Part shown: positions 57,503 to 64,000 of the stretch, in pieces
Position numbering within the stretch: position 1 is the first letter of the stretch
Layout: each line of letters starts with the position of its first letter
From: Poseidonia sp.
GTDB lineage: Archaea > Thermoplasmatota > Poseidoniia > Poseidoniales > Poseidoniaceae
Direction: 5' to 3'
Assembly: GCA_965661285.1 (NCBI GenBank)
Contig: CBFIDD010000001.1
Location: forward strand, 224,001 to 288,000
DNA: 64,000 bases
Translations under genes and position numbers: made by a program
The notes under the pieces: generated by a model
Seen by the model: only the letters and a program-made list of their open reading frames with translations
Databases searched by the model: none
Told to the model about the DNA's origin: nothing

Positions 57503-60500
57503 ATGCAGACGCAACGCCGCAGAACCTCACTCGTTTTCTTTGCGCTTCTTTTGGTTCAGGTGTTGTCGCCGTTGGCGTTTGTCCAAGCGGACCAATCGAC
57601 CTACCAACCCGATACCGATGCGGCGTTGGAGTGGCTCGAGCAGGTCGGTGTTTCTCCCACCACCACCGCTGAACACGGGTGGATGAATGCAGATGAAGCG
57701 GCCGGTTCCAGCGCCCTGCTCTATCGAGACGTGCAACTGGTGGCCACCGAAGAATGGCGTGAGCGCACCGGGGAAACGCAGGTGGACGGCTACCACATTT
57801 TGGGCCATACCTACCCCGTGCCCAGCGAGTGGTTCAACGAGCTCGCTGATGCGGGCATCGATTGTTTCTCCTTCCTTCCTCCGGCGAGTTTCCACTGCCA
57901 CGTCAACGGCCAGACGCCGGCTCAACTGGAACAACTCGATGTGCTCGGATTGGCGGCCATGGACGCCAGCGACAAAGTCCAAACCGACCTGCTTCGCGGC
58001 CTCCTCGGTCTTGACATGGTGGCCTACAACCCCTTCGTGAACGACGAAGGAGCCATCGTGAACGTCGTCTTGTCGGGTGAAACCCTCCCGGAAGGCTTGA
58101 CGCAACGCAGCGATATCGTCCTCGACACGCACAGCGGCCGATTCGCCACGATGGCCATTGACACCGATGGTTTGGCGTGGTTGGTTCAACAAGATGCGGT
58201 CGAGTGGGTTGAGCCCCGTCCGTTCTATGAGATCATGAACTCAAAGGGCATCGAAGTGATGAACGTCGACGACATGTGGAGTTCCACCAACATGGCCAAC
58301 ATCGACAGTTCGTGGGCCGGGCTGGACGGCAGTGGCATCATTGTGACCGTCGCCGACACCGGATTGGACAACGGCGTGAACAACAGTAACATGCACCCGG
58401 ATTTCAGCGACCACATCACGGGCATTCTCTCGTTCCCCCCGCCCGCATCGGTGTGCACGGCCTTCAGCCTGAGTCCTTGCGGCGACGATGCTGAAGACCA
58501 CGACGGACACGGAACCCACGTGGCGGGCTCGGTCCTTGGTGACGGCACCCACAGCAACGGCGACATCATCGGTGCGGCGCCCGAAGCCCACCTGTTGTTC
58601 CATGCCATTGCCACCACCCACAACAGCGAGGAGAAACTTCTCGGCATTCCAAACGATCTTGACGACATGTTCGCACTCGCCTGGGAGAACGACAGCCGGA
58701 TTCACACCAACTCGTGGGGGTCAGCGGTTGCAGGACAATACACCTCCTCATCCATGCAAGCGGACGCCAGCGCCCGAACGCACGACGAGATGGTGATTCT
58801 CTTTGCTGCAGCCAATGAAGGTGCGGACGCCGACCGCAACGGTGAGATCGACCTCGATTCCATGGGTTCACCGGCGACAGCCAAAAACGTCCTCACCGTG
58901 GGTGCGAGTGAAAACGACCGCGGGAACATGACCTGGGTTTGGGGCAGCACCGATTACGGCTCACCCATCTCCAACGACCGTCTAGCGGATAATCCGGAAG
59001 GCATGGCGGCGTTTTCCTCCCGAGGACCCACCGACGACGGCCGCCTAAAGCCCGATTTCTCAGCACCGGGCACCATGATTCTCTCTGCAAAGAGTCGAAG
59101 CACAACCGATACGGGTTGGTTGGCGCACAACGCCAGCTACACCTACATGGGCGGGACGAGCATGGCCACGCCGCTCACGGCCGGTGCATCGGCGCTGTTG
59201 CTTGAGCACCTGATGGAAAACCTCGGGGAAAGCAACCCAACCTCTGCGCTGGTGAAGGCCATCTTTACCGCCAGCGCTCACGACATGACCGGACAATATT
59301 CCTCCTCCACCAACGGAGCGGGCGAAGCGGCACCCAACGACCACGAAGGCTGGGGTCGAATCAACATGTCCCAAGCCATCAACACGTCCTATCTGTACAA
59401 CCACTCGGTGACCACCGACGCCGACTCAGGGTGGTCGTTCAACGTCCCAGCAAGTGCGGATGACATCAACATCGCCCTGGCATGGACCGACCCGGCCTCA
59501 ACGCCGGCGGCCTCCACCAACTTGGTCAACGACCTTGATTTGGCCCTCAAGAGCCCATCAGGCACCTGGACGAATTTGAGCAACAACCTCGACAATTTGC
59601 GAGGACTGACGCTCGCCTCACCGGCCCAAGGCACATGGGAGGTCCACGTGGTGGGCACCAGCGTGCCAACCGGCCCGCAATTCTTCGCTTTGGCCATGAC
59701 GGGAGACTACACCCTCACGAATCTGACGCAGGACGCCGACATGGACGGTTACGAAGACGATGATGATGACTGCAACAACACGGCGGGCACCTCAACCGCT
59801 GATCGAACCGGGTGCCCCGACACCGACGGGGACGGCTATTCCAACCCGGACAGCAACTGGACCGTCAACCAAGGTGCGGATGCCTTCCCAAGCGAACCGA
59901 CGCAGTGGGCCGACAGCGATTACGACGGCTACGGCGACAACGCCGTTGGCGATGAGCCGGACGCTTGCACCTCCACGGCTGGAAACTCCACCGGCGACCG
60001 GTTCGGCTGTACCGATACCGATGGCGATGGGTATTCCGATCCCGATAGCGGTTGGACCGTCGCCAACGGAGCAGACGCGTGCACGAGCGTCGCCGGCCCC
60101 TCAAGCCAAGACCGCAACGGCTGCGCTGACCAAGACGGTGATGGCTACTCCGACCCTGACGGTTCGTGGGGTACAACCAACGGTGCGGATGCTTTCCCCA
60201 CCGATGCCACCCAATGGGCGGACGCCGACGGCGATGGCTACGGCGATAACCCGCCGCCGGCGACATCAGGTGATGCCTGCCCGAGCACCAACGGCGGGTC
60301 CGATCAAGACCGCTACGGATGCACGGACACGGACGGCGACGGCTACTCCGACCCCGACAGCGGTTGGACCGTCGCCAACGGGGCCGACGCTTTTGCCTCC
60401 GATGCGACCCAGTGGGTCGACACCGACGGTGACGGTTATGGCGACAACGCCAGCGGAAACAGTCCTGACGCCTGCCCGACACAGGCCGGCACCTCCACAC

Positions 60501-63094
60501 AAGCGGGCCGCTTAGGATGCGCCGACACCGATAGCGACGGGTACGCCGATGTTGACGATGCCTTCCCCAACGAAGGAACGCAATGGGCCGACAGCGACGG
60601 CGATGGTTACGGCGACGAGGCCTCTGGATTCCAAGGCGATGCGTGCCCCTCGACCGTTGGTACGTCCTCCCGAGACCGGTTCGGGTGCACCGATTCGGAC
60701 AACGACGGCTCTTCAGACGGCGACGCGACGTGGACGGTGGCCAACGGTGCCGATGCGTACCCCAGCGACAGCACCCAATGGGCGGACACCGACGGCGATG
60801 GCTACGGCGATAACCCATCGGGCACCAACGGCGATGCATGCCCCTCACAAGCAGGAAACTCCACGTCCGACCGACTCGGATGTCCCGACACCGACGGCGA
60901 TGGTTATTCCGACCCCGATGGGGCATGGGGCGTGAACGAAGGCGCCGATGCTTATCCCAACGACCCGAACCGTTGGGGCGACATCGATGGCGACGGCTAC
61001 GATGACGGCTTGGACGATGACTGTCCAGCCCTCTACGGCACATCCATGCACGACCGAAACGGCTGTCCCGACCAAGACGGTGATGGCTATTCCGACCCTG
61101 ACAGCGTCTGGACAACAGCCGAGGGAGCTGATGCATTCATGACCGATGCCACGCAATGGAACGACACCGACGGCGATGGCTACGGCGATAACCCCGGTGG
61201 AACCCTTCCCGATGCGTGCCCTGCAGTGTTTGGTTCTTCGTGGCAAAACAACACCTACGGCTGCCCAGACGGCGACCTCGACGGTTGGGCCGATAGCGAA
61301 GATACCCATCCCGACGACAACACGCAATGGGCCGATAGCGATGGGGATGGCTACGGCGACAATCCTGGCGGCACCCTACCCGATGCCTGCGTCAACCAGT
61401 GGGGCAATTCCACGCTCGGAAACCGCATGGGTTGCCCCGATAACGACGGCGACGGGTGGGAAAACAACATCGATGCCTTGCCCGAACTACCAACCCAGTG
61501 GCTGGACCAGGACGGAGACGGCTACGGCGACAATGCGACGGGCCTGCAACCCGATGCGTGCCCCGGTGAAGCAGGAACGTCTTCCATCGGTTTACTGGGT
61601 TGTGTCGACGATGACGGAGACGGCCATGCCAACCTCACCGACGATTTCCCGAACGACCCAACACGATGGATCGACACGGACAACGACGGATTTGACGACG
61701 CTGAGGACAACTGTCCGCTCCTTTTCGGAAATTCCACCACCGACCGCACCGGCTGTGTTGACAGCGACGGTGACGGGGTCTCGGACCCCACGCTCCCCGT
61801 CGGAAACACCAGCGGATGGAACACCACAGACGGTGCCGATGCCTTCCCGGCTGACCCCACGCAAAGCGCCGACGCCGATGGCGATGGCTTCGGAGACGAC
61901 CCTGCCGGTTATCAGGCGGACGTGTGCCCTTCCGAAGCCGGCTTTTCAAACGTGGACCGGTTTGGCTGCGTGGATGAGGACGGCGACGGCATCTCAGATG
62001 CCAACGATGCCTTCCTCGCCGATGCCACGCAGTGGAGCGACGGTGACGGCGATGGCTACGGCGACAACCCCAACGGAAGCCAACCCGATGGTTGTCCTGC
62101 GGTCTCCGGGACGTCCACCCTCGGCACTTTCGGTTGCCCTGACGGAGATGGCGATGGGGCCGGCGATGCTGAGGACTTGTGGCCAAGCGATGCAAGCCAG
62201 TGGTTTGACAGCGACGGCGACGGTTACGGCGATGAAACGAGCGGTACGGACGGAGATGCTTGCCCCAACCAAATGGGGACCTCGGCCGCTGGTGGCACCT
62301 TTGGATGTCCGGACCAAGACGGCGATGGCTGGGCCGACAGCGATGATGCCTTCCCAGAGCAACGCAGCCAATATACTGACAGCGATGGCGATGGATGGGG
62401 CGACAACGCCTCCCTTGGCGCACACAAGCCCGACCACTGGCCCAACGACGCCTCTCGGAGTTCGGCTGAAGCGTCCATGACCTGTACGCCCCTCACCATC
62501 GATGTGGACCTCGCCGCTAGCGGCTGGTTCACCTTTACGTGCACCATCACCACCTCCATGAGTTCGGCCTTTGCTGCGAATGTGAATTGGCAAGCGACCG
62601 CGAGCATCGCCGGAGAAACCTCTGGCCACCTGCTGACCTTTACTTCAGCGACAGGCAACACGCAGACGGTCACCTTCTCTGGAAATGCCAAAGATGTCGG
62701 GAATCATCAGTTGTTGCTCTCAGCGACCGAGCCCGGTGCAGAATACCCGATGGACACCGTCACCGTGGTCATCAAAGCCAGCGATTCCAATGCGCCCGTC
62801 GAGGTGGCCGATGAAACCGAAAGTTCCCTTATCACCGTCATGACCGAGAACACGATGGTTCAGGCCGCCCTTGCCGGCCTGGTGCTCTTTGTCCTGATGG
62901 GGACCTTGATGATTCGAGGGCAGAACAGGAAGGCTCGGGAAGACGACCGCCGCATGATGCGCGCTGCAGAACTGCGCCAGTCCCGCGGACTGGCGGACCT
63001 GCCCGCTCGCAACCTGGTGCAAAACCAATCGCAGCCACGCGTCCCACGAGAGCGTACGGACTCCGTGTTCAGTGATTTCAGGAGAAAACGGTGA
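57503..63094 (+). CDS. Secreted S8 subtilase with long TSP3-like repeat stalk and membrane anchor
   Basis: Catalytic DTG, HGTHVAG, GTSMATP; ~950 aa of DxDGDG repeats; C-terminal TM. Confidence 0.93.
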   Translation: MQTQRRRTSLVFFALLLVQVLSPLAFVQADQSTYQPDTDAALEWLEQVGVSPTTTAEHGWMNADEAAGSSALLYRDVQLVATEEWRERTGETQVDGYHILGHTYPVPSEWFNELADAGIDCFSFLPPASFHCHVNGQTPAQLEQLDVLGLAAMDASDKVQTDLLRGLLGLDMVAYNPFVNDEGAIVNVVLSGETLPEGLTQRSDIVLDTHSGRFATMAIDTDGLAWLVQQDAVEWVEPRPFYEIMNSKGIEVMNVDDMWSSTNMANIDSSWAGLDGSGIIVTVADTGLDNGVNNSNMHPDFSDHITGILSFPPPASVCTAFSLSPCGDDAEDHDGHGTHVAGSVLGDGTHSNGDIIGAAPEAHLLFHAIATTHNSEEKLLGIPNDLDDMFALAWENDSRIHTNSWGSAVAGQYTSSSMQADASARTHDEMVILFAAANEGADADRNGEIDLDSMGSPATAKNVLTVGASENDRGNMTWVWGSTDYGSPISNDRLADNPEGMAAFSSRGPTDDGRLKPDFSAPGTMILSAKSRSTTDTGWLAHNASYTYMGGTSMATPLTAGASALLLEHLMENLGESNPTSALVKAIFTASAHDMTGQYSSSTNGAGEAAPNDHEGWGRINMSQAINTSYLYNHSVTTDADSGWSFNVPASADDINIALAWTDPASTPAASTNLVNDLDLALKSPSGTWTNLSNNLDNLRGLTLASPAQGTWEVHVVGTSVPTGPQFFALAMTGDYTLTNLTQDADMDGYEDDDDDCNNTAGTSTADRTGCPDTDGDGYSNPDSNWTVNQGADAFPSEPTQWADSDYDGYGDNAVGDEPDACTSTAGNSTGDRFGCTDTDGDGYSDPDSGWTVANGADACTSVAGPSSQDRNGCADQDGDGYSDPDGSWGTTNGADAFPTDATQWADADGDGYGDNPPPATSGDACPSTNGGSDQDRYGCTDTDGDGYSDPDSGWTVANGADAFASDATQWVDTDGDGYGDNASGNSPDACPTQAGTSTQAGRLGCADTDSDGYADVDDAFPNEGTQWADSDGDGYGDEASGFQGDACPSTVGTSSRDRFGCTDSDNDGSSDGDATWTVANGADAYPSDSTQWADTDGDGYGDNPSGTNGDACPSQAGNSTSDRLGCPDTDGDGYSDPDGAWGVNEGADAYPNDPNRWGDIDGDGYDDGLDDDCPALYGTSMHDRNGCPDQDGDGYSDPDSVWTTAEGADAFMTDATQWNDTDGDGYGDNPGGTLPDACPAVFGSSWQNNTYGCPDGDLDGWADSEDTHPDDNTQWADSDGDGYGDNPGGTLPDACVNQWGNSTLGNRMGCPDNDGDGWENNIDALPELPTQWLDQDGDGYGDNATGLQPDACPGEAGTSSIGLLGCVDDDGDGHANLTDDFPNDPTRWIDTDNDGFDDAEDNCPLLFGNSTTDRTGCVDSDGDGVSDPTLPVGNTSGWNTTDGADAFPADPTQSADADGDGFGDDPAGYQADVCPSEAGFSNVDRFGCVDEDGDGISDANDAFLADATQWSDGDGDGYGDNPNGSQPDGCPAVSGTSTLGTFGCPDGDGDGAGDAEDLWPSDASQWFDSDGDGYGDETSGTDGDACPNQMGTSAAGGTFGCPDQDGDGWADSDDAFPEQRSQYTDSDGDGWGDNASLGAHKPDHWPNDASRSSAEASMTCTPLTIDVDLAASGWFTFTCTITTSMSSAFAANVNWQATASIAGETSGHLLTFTSATGNTQTVTFSGNAKDVGNHQLLLSATEPGAEYPMDTVTVVIKASDSNAPVEVADETESSLITVMTENTMVQAALAGLVLFVLMGTLMIRGQNRKAREDDRRMMRAAELRQSRGLADLPARNLVQNQSQPRVPRERTDSVFSDFRRKR

Positions 63095-63154
63095 GCAAAC
63101 CATCCGAACCGATTGCCTCAAAGAGGAGAGGCTTGTCGCCGTGATTACCACACT

Positions 63155-63226
63155 GCGGATATGGTGAAGTGGTTATCATCTGAGGTTTCCAACCTTATGT
63201 CGTGGGTTCGACTCCCGCTATCCGCA
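63155..63226 (+). tRNA. tRNA-Gly(TCC), CCA not encoded
   Basis: GCGGATA/TATCCGC acceptor, TGAGG-TTTCCAA-CCTTA anticodon arm, GTGGG-TTCGACT-CCCGC T-arm. Confidence 0.95.
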
Positions 63227-63326
63227 CCTCCCAATCGGTCAAGAGAGCGCCCGTTTTCGCGGGTCAACCGGGCAAGCATGAAAGGCTCAACAGCACAACG
63301 AGCATCCAACACCTCGGTGATGATGC

Positions 63327-63980
63327 ATGGATTTCCTCTCGCTTTGTTTGCTCACGCTTTGGCTCTACCTTCCCGGCTTTTTGGCCAACACCTTCGCCAT
63401 GATGTGGGGGAAATGGTTGCCCAAAACCGGCTACGGCCCCTGGCCCATCGACGGGGGGCGCGTGCTTGCTGACGGCAACCGGATGTTGGGGGACGGAAAG
63501 ACATGGAACGGGCTGATCGGCGGCTCCCTCACATCAGGCCTGTTGTGCATGCTTCTGGCTTCCTTGGTCAGCACGGGGGACATGGCAACCGCCTTCGATG
63601 ATGGGGCAACGGTCTTTGCCCACCCCCTGACGGGTTCCGAGGGGGCGTGGTTTTCCATCGGGGGCGCCAACACCACGGCTTTTGTTCTGGGAAGCTTCCT
63701 CGGATTTGCATGTCTGGTCGGCGACAGCACGGGCTCCTTTTTCAAGCGCCGACGAGGGCTGAAGCGAGAGGGTGACATCTCCTCCAAAGCACCGCTTTTG
63801 GACACCCTGCCCTTCGCCATCATGGTCTTCCTATGGGGCCAATTATTCCTCGGCTCATCCATTCTGGCAGCCGAGGAATTGCGCCTTCCTATGTTGGCAC
63901 TGGTGGCCATCACGCCGGTGCTGCACCGTTCGTTCAACCTCATCGGGTACAAAATTGGGTGGAAAGATGTCCCCTACTGA
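63327..63980 (+). CDS. carS: CDP-archaeol synthase
   Basis: PIDGGR...DG.R.LGDGKTW.G, GD..GSFFKRR, LH...NLIGYKIG.KDVPY. Confidence 0.92.
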   Translation: MDFLSLCLLTLWLYLPGFLANTFAMMWGKWLPKTGYGPWPIDGGRVLADGNRMLGDGKTWNGLIGGSLTSGLLCMLLASLVSTGDMATAFDDGATVFAHPLTGSEGAWFSIGGANTTAFVLGSFLGFACLVGDSTGSFFKRRRGLKREGDISSKAPLLDTLPFAIMVFLWGQLFLGSSILAAEELRLPMLALVAITPVLHRSFNLIGYKIGWKDVPY

Positions 63981-64000
63981 ACCTGGACTTAGGACCGAAG

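Noticed and set aside
59730-62450. Periodic DNA repeats resembling an array (also ~19040-20390)
   Set aside because: They encode in-frame TSP3-like DxDGDG protein repeats with degenerate codons; not CRISPR.

Overview
GC-rich archaeal chromosome segment. Gene content points to Marine Group II (Ca. Poseidoniales) by inference: fibrillarin/Nop5, PCNA, TFS, Csl4, CarS, NMD3 and many TSP3-repeat surface proteins. Core genes flank a ~14 kb accessory region (~26756-40850) that starts at the icmF 3' end, which is duplicated 844 bp downstream. Main finding: a minus-strand operon (~40850 to ~37100) that looks like a sensor and rescue system for loss of CGN-decoding arginine tRNAs. In order it has a TATA box, a 20-aa leader peptide whose 5 Arg codons are all CGN and which sits in mutually exclusive hairpins, two CCA-encoding tRNA-Arg genes (TCG, GCG) that read those codons, four CDS whose 42 Arg codons are all AGA/AGG (hand count), and a tRNA-like RNA with a truncated anticodon arm. 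Also notable: an AT-rich GHKL-ATPase/DUF6339-like/C5-methyltransferase candidate defence module, an archaeal CD36-like protein, a DNase I-like nuclease and a Csl4-2xRRM fusion. All calls come from reading motifs by eye; no database searches were run.
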